Shown piece by piece: positions 1 to 11,646 of a stretch of 64,000 bases of DNA. The position numbers and the translations under genes were made by a program. Source of the DNA: Octopus sinensis (Eukaryota). Every line of letters begins with the position of its first letter. Positions within the stretch are counted from its first letter, which is position 1. The stretch is from contig NC_043001.1 of NCBI RefSeq assembly GCF_006345805.1, positions 13,578,001 to 13,642,000 on the forward strand. The letters run 5' to 3'. A model generated the notes under the pieces. That model was not told the origin of the DNA, did no database searches, and worked only from the letters and a program-made list of their open reading frames with translations.

Positions 1-17
1 TAGTATTATCATTGTCA

Positions 18-118
18 CCTTTACTTTCTGAATTTAGATTTCGCCGGGTCTGCCTCTGTCTTTCACCCCCTTTCTATGTGGGTGAAATAAGTACCAGTTG
101 AATATTGCGGTCGATGTT
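18..118 (+). mobile_element. Degraded SINE family A fragment
   Basis: Decayed match to the family A core (..ttctgaattt..ctttcacccc..aaataagtaccagttgaa..ggtcgatg) seen in intact copies such as 42035-42268. Confidence 0.55.
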
Positions 119-472
119 TTCGCCACATTACGGAGCCTATCATCAGCATCAATGCATCAATGCTCGTTGTCCGAGTAAACGGCAACAAACTGGAAACCTT
201 TCGTATCACATTCACCGTCCATCCTCTCTTGCATCTCTAAAGCATATGACTGCGCACATTTAATCTTTGAGGGTACATTGCTTTCGCTGCGAAACAGAGG
301 AGCTCTATTTCTATAGACAAACGATGTTATCTCAATGAACACAGTGGAAATACAAGGGGTTATTTTGTTATAGCTGTCAGTTCTTGTTGCCATTTAGGAG
401 TCTTATCCTACATTTTGTGAGTTGATAGATGTGAAAACTGTCCGATCCTGAAATGGTCCTTTGAGTTTCCCA

Positions 473-745
473 TTATATTGTTGGTGAGTTTGAGATGGCG
501 TTGACGTTTCTTTTCCTCACCAATCTCACTTCCGATTGGTTCAAGGTGTGAAGCTCCTTCGTCGCAGAGAGAGGGCTAGGTTTGCCGGTTCTAGCAAAGT
601 TTTCAAGTTGTAACGGTTCAATTTTGCAGGAGTTGAGGACAAGCTTAGGATGGTTCCAGAACCTTTTCTTGGTTCCACCGAGAGGGCGAACACCGATTCA
701 TAACTCTCCGAAAAATACAATATGAATGGTAGAAACCATTCCAAA
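473..745 (-). pseudogene. RTE/Bov-B-type LINE ORF C-terminal remnant
   Basis: Minus-strand translation gives IVFFGEL*IGVRPLGGTKKRFWNHPKLVLNSCKIEPLQLENFA. This matches the RTE-clade C-terminal motif (L.YGEL..G.R..GG.KKR.KD.LK..L). It has an in-frame stop and a frameshift. Confidence 0.7.
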
Positions 746-1314
746 GAAATATATGTTGACGACAGAAGCAAACTGATATTAGTACAATTCAGTGGGTTTG
801 CAATTTAGCACAAGGACAGTCTACAGTTTTCTACATAAATTCCTTTATATTGAGCTCTGGCATCCCCTTTACCCCATTTCTATAAATAGAAAATCTTTAT
901 TGTCTCCTTTCATTTGTTCTTCCCTATCAGAACCTTACAGTAGTCTGGAACAACTGAATCTTAGTCAGTCAGTTGATGGGCTCCACTACCTCAGATGTTC
1001 TTAGAGTTTAAATCCACATCTTTGTCTGTGTGTCTGCCTTCTCTATAATGTTGCCACTTGGCATGAACATTTTTGTATTAATGGAAAACCTCTATAATTG
1101 GCTGATGAGTGCTCAGCATTTTAAAACTGTTGTAATACTTACAACATTTAATAAAATGATGTAGTACGAAACGATATTACCAAATTACCGGAGTCATTCT
1201 TGTTGCTTATTTTGATTATAATCACCCACGGATTTATATGGATAACACCATACAGAATTCTGGTGCATCTAAATTAAGTACACCATATCATTTGAATCTA
1301 AATTTTTGATGAAC

Positions 1315-1371
1315 TTATAATATATATATATATTATATATATATATATAAACTAGTAACATTTTCTAAGTG

Positions 1372-1424
<53 letters not shown>
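1315..1424. repeat. (TA)n microsatellite
   Basis: Interrupted TA dinucleotide run. Confidence 0.95.
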
Positions 1425-1426
<2 letters not shown>

Positions 1427-1780
1427 CGTAGGAGAGGCGTGTCGTAAGTAGCTTCCTTATGTACTACAAGATTCCGGGTTCAGTCCCACTGCATTGCACC
1501 TAGGGCAAGTGTCTTCTAGTATAGCCTCGGGCCGACCAAAGCCTCCTGAGTGGATTTGGTAGACAGAAACTGAAAGGAGCATATCGTATATATGTATATA
1601 TATATGTGTATGTGTGTGTATGTGTATGTGTTTGTGTGTCTCTATTTGTCCCCCCTCGCAACATCGCTTGATAACCGATGCTGTTGTGCTTACGTCCCCG
1701 TAATTAGCGGTTCGGCAAAAGTGACCGATAAGTACTAGGCTTACGACGAATAAGCCCGGGGTTCGATTTGCTCGACTAAA
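1425..1780 (+). mobile_element. SINE family B (tRNA-like head, internal TA/TG microsatellite, 3' module)
   Basis: Head with B-box-like GGGTTCAGTCCC, then ..GGGCAAGTGTCTTCTA..GAGTGGATTTGGTAGAC.., a microsatellite and ..GCGGTTCGGCAAAAG..GCTCGACTAAA. Repeated many times in the window. Confidence 0.85.
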
Positions 1781-2399
1781 TGACAGAAACGATTTAAAAG
1801 TGTAAAGAGTAAGAGAATATGCGTGTATGTATGTGTGTGTAAGCGTGTAAAGTTTACCTTGAATGCTAATTAGGTAATCATTCCCAGGTAAGTTGATATT
1901 TTGTGCAGTCTTTCGAACGCAACGATAAATTTGTCATCCCCATTTTAATTTTAATATTGATCACACTATTTTCGTTAATGTTTTAAACCATGATATTTCA
2001 CCCGATACATTTTACAAGGTAAATATCTAAATTGTGTTTAATCTTCACAGGAATCTTCAGCTTACGTGTAATACCTAGGGGTTTATACTTACCAACCTTT
2101 CAATTATTGGTTATTTCTTTATTGTTTACTTCAAAACAGAAGATAAAATTCTTATAGCGTAAAAATGATGATACAAATGTCATCTCCACCGAGTGGAATA
2201 TTATGTGTGTAACCTTGTTTGATCTGAAACACTGGAGCGTCTTAAAGCTGAGGCGACGGCATTACAGTCTCTGTGGATCAATAGAAATTTCATTATTATT
2301 ATTTTTTTTTTCTGTAAGAAAGTTTCATAAAATTATTCACTTTTATATTTCCAATTATATAGGATTGTAAAAATTGTTGAAAAACAACTGAAAAATAAC

Positions 2400-2590
2400 A
2401 GTAGGCGTGGCTGTGTGAGGAAAACTTCGCTTTGTAACCATATTGTTTCTGTGTCGGTGCTACTGTAGTTTCGAGCTGACCAAAGACTTGTAAGTCGATT
2501 TGGTAGACGGAAGATGAAAAAAGGACATCGTGTATATATGTGCATACATACATACACACACACGTCGAGTATATATATGTATACATATAC
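2400..2590 (+). mobile_element. SINE family B, 5' part
   Basis: Diverged match to the family B head through ..gatttggtagacggaa.. followed by a microsatellite. Confidence 0.7.
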
Positions 2591-2594
2591 ATAA

Positions 2595-3002
2595 GGCGGC
2601 GAGCTGGCATAAACGTTAGCACGCCGGGCGAAATGCTTAGCGGTATTTCGTCTGCCGTTACGTTCTGAGTTCAAATTCCGCCGAGGTCGACTTTGCCTTT
2701 CATCCTTTAGAGGTCGATAAATTAATGACCAGTTACGCACTGGGGTCGATGTAATCGACTTAATCCATTTGTCTGTCCTTGTTTCTCCCCTCTGTGTTTG
2801 GCCCCTTGTGGGTAGTAAAGAAATAGGTATTTCGTCTGCCTTTACGTTCTGAGTTCAAATTCCGCCGAGGTCGACTTTGCCTTTCATCCTTTCGGGGTCG
2901 ATAAATTAAGTACCAGTTACGCACTGGGGTCGATGTAATTGACTTAATCCGTTTGTCTGTCCTCGTTTGTCCCCTCTGTGTTTAGCTCCTTGTGAGTAGT
3001 AA
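2595..3002 (+). mobile_element. SINE family A, head plus two tandem 184-bp units
   Basis: GGCGGCGAGCTGGC head and GAGTTCAAATTCC B-box-like motif. GGTATTTCGTCTGCC occurs at 2642 and again at 2826. Confidence 0.9.
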
Positions 3003-3134
3003 ATATATATATATATATATGTATACATACACACACATACACACACACACACATATATGTGTGCATATGTGTGTGTGTGATTATGTGTGACAGAGAGAGA
3101 GGGAGACTATGTGCATGTGGGTGTCTGTGAGTGT

Positions 3135-3358
3135 GATTTTGTGTCCGTATTTGTCCCCCCACCACCACCACCAACTCATGGCAATGGATGTTGGTGTGAT
3201 GATGCTCCTGTAACACAGCGGTTCGGCAAAAGAGAGCGGTAGACTAAATACTAGGCTTAAAAATCTCATCCCCGTGGTTGATTCGTTCGATTGGAATTCT
3301 TCAACGATGTGCTCCAGCATGGCCATAATCTAATGACTGAAACAAGTAGACGATAAAA
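3135..3358 (+). mobile_element. SINE family B, 3' module
   Basis: ..gcggttcggcaaaagaga..tgctccagcatggcc..aatgactgaaacaagta. Confidence 0.75.
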
Positions 3359-3650
3359 AATTGAATCGCTCATATTAGGCTTCGAATTATATAACAATTA
3401 CCCTACACTCGTGATAATCGAATAAAGAGCCGCGATATACGATTACAGTTGCTATGGGAACCAATATAGGCCGCGATTAAAGAAACCTATTCACAGACAA
3501 AAATAATCTTGGCAAATTAAAAAAGTCTGCAACCTCTACTTTCTTCTCTTCATTTTCTACTTTATTTTATTTCTTCTCTTTCATCATCATCATCATCATC
3601 ATCGTCAGCATCATCATCATCGTCCTTGCCATCATAATATCATTATGTGA

Positions 3651-4282
3651 GGCGGCGAGCTGGCAGAAACGTTAGCACGCCGGGCAAAATGCGTAGTCGT
3701 ATTTCGTCTGCCGTTACGTTCTGAGTTCAAATTCCGCCCAGGTCGACTTTGCCTTTCATCTTTTCGGGGTCGATTAAATAAGTACCAGTTACGCAGTGGG
3801 GTCGATGTAATCGACTTAATCCCTTTGTCTGTCCTTGTTTGTCTCCTCTATGTTTAGCCCCTTGTTGGCAATAAAGAAATAAGAAACGTAAGCACGCCGG
3901 GTGAAATGCTTAGCACTATTTCGTGTTATGTTCTGAGTTCAAATTCAGCCGATGTCGACTTTGTCTTTCATCCTTTCGGGGTCAACAAATTAAGTACCAG
4001 TTGCGTACTGGTATAGATCTAATCGTCTGGCCCCCTCCCGAAATATTATGGGTCTTGTATCTAGAGTAGAAAAGAAAAGAATATTATGTAAGGCGGCGAT
4101 CTGGCGGAAACGTTATTACGCCAGGAGAAATGCTTAGCGGCATCTTGTGTCTTTATGTTCTGAGTTCAAATTCCGCTAAAGTCAACTTTGCCTTTCATCA
4201 TTTCGGGGTCGATAAATTAAGTACCAGTTGCGTAGTGGGGTCGATCTAATATTTCAGGTCTTGTGCTTAGAGTAGAAAAGTA
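3651..4282 (+). mobile_element. Cluster of three family A SINEs (one A1 tail, two A2 tails)
   Basis: Three consecutive cores. The first ends ..ccccttgttggcaataaagaaat; the others end ..cttgt(a/g)(t/c)(c/t)tagagtagaaaag. Confidence 0.85.
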
Positions 4283-4574
4283 AAGATTATTATTGTCATG
4301 TAATCAAGAATGATTTGCTAATATTTAAAGCAGGAATGTATATTGATGATGTAAGCTAAAGTAATGCCCTTAATATTATTTTAGATTGTGAAGTAACGTA
4401 CCAATGAGAATATAAAAAGTTCCGAGTCAATAAACGATTGATGAATTTAAGCCTATAGTCGTTCAACGTAGGACCAGTATCTTTTGACCATACTTTGCAA
4501 ATGTGTCTTTTTACATCTCAGTATGAAGCAATTTTTATACTATCAGATTTACACAATTCTAAGGCGTTGTGTGT

Positions 4575-4836
4575 GGAGGCCCGTGGCTTAGTGGTTAGGG
4601 TGTCGGCATCATGATCGTAAGATTGTGGTTTCGATTCCTGGACCGGGCGACGCGTTGTGCTCTTGAGCAAAACACTTCATTTCACGTTGCTCCAATCCAC
4701 TCAGATGGCAAAAGTGAGTAACGCTGCGATGGACTGGCTTCCCATCCAGCTGGGGAGCACATACGCCATAGAAACCGGGAAACCGGGCCCATGTGCCTGG
4801 CTAGGCTTTAAAAGGGCGCATTTATTTATTTCTATT
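4575..4836 (+). mobile_element. SINE family C (core 2 + tail a)
   Basis: tRNA-like head (GTGGCTTAGTGG..GGTTTCGATTCC), ..cttgagcaaaacactt.., and tail ..ggctaggctttaaaagggcgcatttattt. Confidence 0.85.
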
Positions 4837-4932
4837 TAAGGAGTTATGTAGTTCAAGATATCGAAAGTAATACTCACGGCATACTCGTTCGTCATTTCAG
4901 GTTCATTTTTGTACTTGTTCTATAATCCTTTG

Positions 4933-5106
4933 TTTGAAAATATTTCGTCACACATCTTGTGACCTCCACAACGATCTTCCATTCCGTGTGTCTCCTATTG
5001 CTCTGTTTAAGTCCGTTCTGTCTGAGTGGATTAAACAGAACAAGAGGAGACGCGGGATTGAGAGTCGCTGAAAAGGTCACAGGGTATGTGACGAAAAGTT
5101 TTCGAA
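4933..5106. repeat. Imperfect ~175-bp foldback (MITE-like hairpin)
   Basis: Arm AAAATATTTCGTCACACATCTTGTGACCT (4937-4965) pairs with AGGTCACAGGGTATGTGACGAAAAGTTTT (5074-5102). Pairing continues inward to a short loop near 5013-5025. Confidence 0.75.
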
Positions 5107-5738
5107 GAACAATAAAACAAGAACAGCAATGAAGCGAAAATAATACATTTCCCCCAAAAGTTTTGGCAATATTTATCCAAAACCTGTAATAATAAAGTAC
5201 ATGAGATATCATACGAACTATAAAATACAGTACAAATTACACACTAGCTTATCAATTCTATGCACACTCAATCACTTACATACCTAAATATACAAAACTC
5301 TGGAGCCTCTATGCCCTCGTCAAGGTTAAGAGTATTGTAGTTTGCTTGAAGCATTGTGCATTGTTTGTAAAGAATAAAATGTTTTGAATGGTACAACAAC
5401 GCACTATAATACACTATAATATAATATATATATATATATATATAATATATATATATATATAATTTCAACAATTGAGGGCAAAATTAATTAATTATTAATC
5501 AATTTCACCAAGTGTTCAGTATGCAAAGGGGCCATTCAAGGCGAATTCAAATTATTACATTATATAAAAGGGCTTAGTAAAATAAATTACTTTGCCGCAT
5601 ACTGAACTCATTAGAAATAGCAGCTAAAAAACTTTTTTAAAGCTATTTCTAATACTTAAAGAAAATCTATATCATATATAGTGTTTGCTTATTCAACTCA
5701 CAAAAGTTTGGGGGTAAGACATCGAAAAATCAAATGCT

Positions 5739-5807
5739 AAGGTTATTTGAGAACGTACGTTTCAAGATTAGTCAAAAACATTTCTATCATCAGCTCAGAA
5801 ATTCCTT
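5739..5807 (-). ncRNA. Type I hammerhead ribozyme motif (minus-strand copy)
   Basis: Reverse complement reads AAGG..TGAG-CTGATGA-T-AGA..TCT-T-GAAA-C-GTAC-G-T-T-CTCA..CCTT. Confidence 0.65.
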
Positions 5808-6593
5808 GGTTTGGATTTGGAAACACTGAAAATAAGAACATACCCTTTCGAAGATCTGCTCGTAACTAACAGTGCCAACAAATTCAAATAAGCAAGCGAA
5901 GAATCTCTGTTCTCCCCTTTCCACCAGCGTGGGTTAAAATCATCAAACACTATGCTTATTTCGGTAAAATCCGAAGCATTAATCAGAGGGAGATTAATTA
6001 TAATTTCAACAATTGAGGGCAAAATTAATTCATTATTAATCAATTTCACCAAGTGTTCAGTATGCAAAGGGACCATTCAAGGCGAATTCAAATTATTACA
6101 ATATAAAAGGGCTTAGTAAAATAAATTACTTTGCCGCATACTGAACTCTTAGAAATAGCAGCTAAAAAACTTTTTTAAAGCTATTTCTAATACTTAAAGA
6201 AAATCTCTCTCATATATAGTGTTTGCTTAATTCAACTCACAAAAGTTTGGGGGTAAGGACATCGAAAAAGTAATTTATTTTACTAAGCCCTTTTATATAA
6301 TGTAATAATTTGAATTCGCCTTGAATGGTCCCTTTGCATACTGAACACTTGGTGAAATTGATTAATAATGAATTAATTTTGCCCTCAATTGTTGAAATTA
6401 TAATTAATCTCCCTCTGATTAATGCTTCGGATTTTACCGAAATAAGCATAGTGTTTGATGATTTTAACCCACGCTGGTGGAAAGGGGAGAACAGAGATTC
6501 TTCGCTTGCTTATTTGAATTTGTTGGCACTGTTAGTTACGAGCAGATCTTCGAAAGGGTATGTTCTTATTTTCAGTGTTTCCAAATCCAAACC

Positions 6594-6664
6594 AAGGAAT
6601 TTCTGAGCTGATGATAGAAATGTTGTTTTGACTAATCTTGAAACGTACGTTCTCAAATAACCTT
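6594..6664 (+). ncRNA. Type I hammerhead ribozyme motif
   Basis: Core CTGATGA 6608-6614 and GAAA 6640-6643. Stem III is A-U and C-G closing a palindromic GTAC loop; triplet GUU at 6649-6651. Stem I is TGAG/CTCA, extended by AAGG/CCTT. Stem II is AGA/TCT above a U.U mismatch. Confidence 0.65.
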
Positions 6665-8149
6665 AGCATTGATGATTTTTCGATGTCCTTACCCCCAAAC
6701 TTTTGTGAGTTGAATTAAGCAAACATTATATATGAGAGAGATTTTCTTTAAGTATTAGAAATAGCTTTAAAAAAGTTTTTTAGCTGCTATTTCTAATGAG
6801 TTCAGTATGCGGCAAAGTAATTTATTTACTAAGCCCTTTTATATATATATATATATATATATAATATAATATAATATAATAGAATATAAATGATATTATA
6901 TAATATAATATAATATAATATAATATAACATAATGCACTATAATACAAACAATGGTCTACATGCCTGTTGTAATTTAACCATCCATAGTCTGATAATATT
7001 TCGGAATAAAATTCCATCCTCAGATATCTTTAGGAATTTATGGAGTCGCTGCTATAATCGGTTTTGTTTGGCATACAACAGGTATATAGCCCATTGTTTG
7101 TATTATAGAGCATTGTGGTATCATTGGAAACATTTTATTCTTGTCAAAGTTACGATGAATTATAGTTAGAACATATACTGAAAGACCGCTTATAAACTCG
7201 TAGATATAAACGCGTATGCACATATTTACTGGGTAACTATTGGCAACAATTAACAGAAATTGGTAATAGTCAATCAACATCACTAGAAATTTCAGGTCAT
7301 TATTAGGTAAGATCATTTATTATCTGAGACAGTTTTAATGATCTTTGACACTTCGGCAATATATTCCGGCTAGATTTAATTGCAGATAAGATTTTATGGT
7401 TTGTCATCCAAGACGCTGTCCCTTAGAAATGCTATAATACTAAATTACTAATTCATTTAAACAAAGGATATGAAAAAGTATGGAAACTGTGTTTAACAAC
7501 AACAGTATAATAACCTTAATAGAAAAATATATATAATAGGGATGTATATATATTTCCCCTTCTTTAGAGTTGGCTATAAAAAAAATGCACTCCTCCGTAA
7601 CATCCATAGCATATTCAAAGTAAGTTAATGCAGCACAATTTCCTGAACAAATTAGCTGGAAATGTGATACGGAAAATTATATCATTGCGCCATATATCTT
7701 CTATGCCTCAACAATTGTAGTTACATACAAAATCTATGTCATTATGCATCGTTATCCCATGTCTTTTCTTCGACCATATTGAGTGTCTTTATAGCCATCA
7801 TTCATTCACTCATTGTCTTTCTATCCCATTAAACACGCGAATATGAAATATTTGATAACACAGTGGATCAAATCATTATTGTAACAACAAAGATGTTTTG
7901 TTTTTATACTGAAAAATAAAACAGCGAACCTACACACACTGCTATTATTGTTGCACGACTGATCAAGGTAGAGTGCAATACTATACAAAAGCTATAAACA
8001 AAGTAACCTTCTTTCTGTACAGTACATGTAATCCTCATCAAATATAATACATACAGTAAATGGGTGGGCGTGCGTGAGTGTTACTGTGCCTGGCATTACG
8101 TCACTCGCTTTAAGTATCTTCTAGTCGCTTGTATATATATATATACATA

Positions 8150-8359
8150 CAGGGCGGCCCAAAAGTAGGTTTACGTTTATCACGTAGGCACTGTAAATTT
8201 CTTTAAAACTTCTATTACACTTAAATTTCTATCTTACAATTCACTAAATTAGCATAGAATAATGGTTTCATATATTTTTCATAATTAGGTCTAACCTGTT
8301 AATTCATGAATGCCAAAGAGATAATTGAATAGCTGTAAACCTACTTTTGGGGCACCCTC

Positions 8360-8361
<2 letters not shown>
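8150..8361. mobile_element. Tc1/mariner-type MITE
   Basis: Imperfect TIRs CAGGGCGGCCCAAAAGTAGGTTTAC / GTAAACCTACTTTTGGGGCACCCTCTG, each flanked by TA. Confidence 0.8.
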
Positions 8362-8423
<62 letters not shown>

Positions 8424-8477
8424 GTATATATATATATATATTATTAATATTATATATATATTATGTATATATTTATG

Positions 8478-8529
<52 letters not shown>

Positions 8530-8624
8530 ATATATTTATGTATATATATATATATATATTTATGTATATAATATGAATTATATATAATACATATGTTATA
8601 TATATGTATATATATATGTATATA

Positions 8625-8660
<36 letters not shown>

Positions 8661-8755
8661 ATATATATGTTATGTATATATATATTATATGTATATATAT
8701 ATATATATATGTTATATATATATATATACATATATATAATATATATGTATGTATA
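8362..8755. repeat. Long degenerate (TA)n/(TATG)n tract
   Basis: Direct inspection; explains the YIYI ORFs. Confidence 0.95.
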
Positions 8756-8985
8756 CAGGGTGTATGTATGTATACAGAAGTAACGTCCTTTTGGCATTGA
8801 TAACTTTTATAGTATATAAAGGTTTATTCAGTAATTTTTCATTGAACACAAATTTATTGCATAAAATAAAGAATCAAATATTAGTCTAAAGAAAAAATCA
8901 CAGAAAATTTTAGGAAATATAAACGAAAATCAATTGGAAACTAGAAAACTCGAATACGAAAGGGCGTTATTTTTGCCGCACCCTA
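8756..8985. mobile_element. Probable Tc1-type MITE, left TIR disrupted by microsatellite
   Basis: Right end ..gggcgttatttttgccgcaccctata; left end tacagggtg..aagtaacgtcctttt. Confidence 0.4.
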
Positions 8986-9129
8986 TATATATATATGTAT
9001 GTATATATATACACATACATACATACAAAATTTTATAACATTTTTCTAACATAACGATTTGAATATATTCTTTAACTATACAACACAAGCCTACAGTAGA
9101 TTTTTAATTCTGTTTTGTCTTAAACAGAC

Positions 9130-9179
<50 letters not shown>

Positions 9180-9185
9180 TATATA

Positions 9186-9219
<34 letters not shown>

Positions 9220-9269
9220 AGAGAGAGAGAGAGAGAGATGATAATGATGATGTTATATATTCATATATA

Positions 9270-9484
9270 TTGGGTTGGTGCATAATTATTGCAGCTTTTT
9301 TTCAACAAACTTTATTCAAAAAAATCTATAAAATGTACCAAAAACATATTTAAATGATTATTCCGGAGCATATTCACCATCTACTTCAACTACTGGTTCC
9401 CATTTCATTGGCAGACGGGCCAAACCGTCATTTAAAAATGTTTTGTTGAAAGAAAATACCCGCAATAATGATGCACCAACCCAA
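9270..9484 (-). mobile_element. Internally deleted mariner element
   Basis: TIRs TTGGGTTGGTGCATAATTATTGC / GCAATAATGATGCACCAACCCAA. Internal minus-strand frame NDGLARLPMKWEPVVEVDGEYAPE* matches the mariner transposase C-terminus. Confidence 0.85.
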
Positions 9485-10065
9485 AACAAACTTTAGGAGA
9501 TAAACAGTATCAACCAATATAAAACAGGAAATGTAGACATTATTACTGTTAATGCGCAGCTGTATTATCATACAAAAGTACATATTCAGTTCAGTACCTA
9601 TTCAATTTAATTTTAGATAATTAGACCATTCATGTTTGCACAGAAGTGATTTTAAAACGAAATACCGTAAGCAATATATATGCTGTTTCTTTTTGACTTC
9701 GTATGTAACCCCTTTCATTTACGTATAAAATTTTGACAAGGCAGCAAATGTGACCATGGCTGTTTATATGTAAGAAACGTAGGTTTTAGTGGAATGTATA
9801 TCACTAATTTGTTCTTGTTTCAAACTTATAGAATGTAAACAGAAATAATGTGTGACATCAGCCATTTTTTCTGCTTTCACACACGGACATTTTGGTAGAA
9901 TATCGTATCCGGAGATTTACAGCAGCAAATATGCTTCGACGTTTGCGTGGACAAGTACGCGTGAAACAAAGGTATCCAGCTTCGCTTCTTTCTTTCACCA
10001 CGGCTTGCTGTCCTTCTCATTTTTTATATACATATAAATATATACATATACACACACACACACAC

Positions 10066-10113
<48 letters not shown>

Positions 10114-11326
10114 GAGAAAAAAGCAACAAGAATGGATTAGTTTTTTTAGTACAATTGTCATACAAAGACAGGCTTTATTAAAAGCTGCAAATATTGCAGC
10201 AAATACAAGTGTCCCGTACTCATCAGCTAAAAACAATATGAGTTCTCCAAACATCTTAGTGGGTGAGGCTACACTCATGAAGTATCGGAGATAATTTTAT
10301 AAAAAGCAAATTCAGATTGTAAGCGGACTTCCAAAGTTCTTTAATGATGATGCACAGTCTTATCACAGGTTTTAAAAAGCTTATTAGCTTCACAGAGAAG
10401 ATGAATCAATCCATAATGTAGGTGCAAATTTCCAGAGATATGAGGAGATATTTCATACTCACAGACGATGAATTTATCCATGATTAATCCACAATGAGGT
10501 GGGTATAATTTCATGCTATATGATAAGATACTTGTCACACTACTGTTCCCTTCACAAAACTGCTATGTTAGAATTTCTAAAAGCTGAAGGAATTTTGTGG
10601 AGCAAAAAAAAGAAAAGAAAAGAAAAGAAAAAAAGAAAAGAAAGAAAGAAAAAGGAAAAGAAGAGGAGGAAAAAAAATAAAAAACGCCCACATAGAGTAT
10701 ACTGGGATAACTGAGAGGGAAGGGGTCGTAGGTATCCCCCTACACAGAAAAGTTTCTCTCTGTGGAGACGGCCAGACTGGCTTAGAATTTGAAGGAATCT
10801 AAGAATTATAAAGGAGAACATTATTTTTGACCAGTATACAGCTACTAATTGCCAATCTGACGGAGCTAAAGCAGATATGGGAATTTAAAGAGAACAGGGG
10901 AAGGGATAGAGGGGTCAAAGGTTATCATTAGAGGAAAATACATTAAGAGAAATAAGTGCAATACTAGAAGGAGGTCATTTAATTAATTTATTTATTATTG
11001 TTATTGTTTATATTGTTGTTACTGTCTATACATTGACAGACTGTAGGTCTATACTTAGAGGTCATTTACAAGGTGTGAGAGAATTGCTTATCATATTGAA
11101 ATTTCTTATACTACTTTTAAGGGAGTAGCATTACTTATTTAACTTTGTAATAGAATTATCAAGCAATAGTAATTTATTTTATTTAAGTTGTGTTACCTAA
11201 ATTAGATTAAAATTAGATTAAATTAAAATTAACTATAAAGTCAATTAAAACTTTATTTAAGCAACGTACAAATACTATTTGTTTCTTTATGTTCAAAATC
11301 AGGTGCAGTTAGAAAGAAAGAGATAA

Positions 11327-11359
<33 letters not shown>

Positions 11360-11371
11360 TAGTGTTCAACT

Positions 11372-11500
11372 GATACTTATTTCATCCTTCCCTCGATGGA
11401 TGAGAGGCAAAGTCGCCCTCAGTGGTATTTGAACGTAGGGACGGGCGAATAACTGCCAAGCATTTTGCAGGCGTGCTAATGATTCTGCTAGCTCACCGCT
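11372..11500 (-). mobile_element. Degraded SINE family A
   Basis: ..gatgagaggcaaagtcg..tttgaacg..gctagctcaccgctt. Confidence 0.65.
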
Positions 11501-11609
11501 TTATATTTTTTTTATCGTAAATAATAATCCTTTCTTTATAAAAATTGGGGGGGAGGGATAATCGGTTATATGGACCCCAATGTTTTAAATTTTATTTAGT
11601 TTAGAGAGG

Positions 11610-11646
<37 letters not shown>

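Larger units (their letters stand above)
5461..6843. mobile_element. HHR-bearing 541-bp unit: 1.5 tandem copies plus an inverted copy, between TA-rich tracts
   Basis: AATTTCAACAATTGAGGGC occurs at 5461 and 6002 (period 541). 6267-6843 is the near-exact reverse complement of about 5561-6132. The identical 93-aa ORFs at 5795-6076(-) and 6325-6606(+) confirm the symmetry. Confidence 0.9.

Noticed and set aside
1098-1138. CTGATGA-GTGC(TCA)GCAT..AAAAC-TGTT-GTA hammerhead-like string
   Set aside because: GAAA is replaced by TTTAAAA and there is no stem I pairing; at best a heavily decayed relic.
5795-6606. Identical 93-aa ORFs on opposite strands (5795-6076 and 6325-6606)
   Set aside because: They are the two arms of the inverted duplication. 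No recognisable domain, and the unit is better explained as structured non-coding RNA.
8347-8797. YIYI-, CVCV- and THTH-type ORFs here and at 22.5, 25.6, 31.8, 33.3, 44.3, 59.3 and 62.1 kb
   Set aside because: Translations of TA, TG and CA microsatellites.
10140-10600. Coding-like stretch (ALLKAANIAANTSVPYSSAKN..VGEAT..) as a host exon or hAT transposase relic
   Set aside because: Multiple stops and no motif I can match confidently; needs tBLASTn or HMM search.
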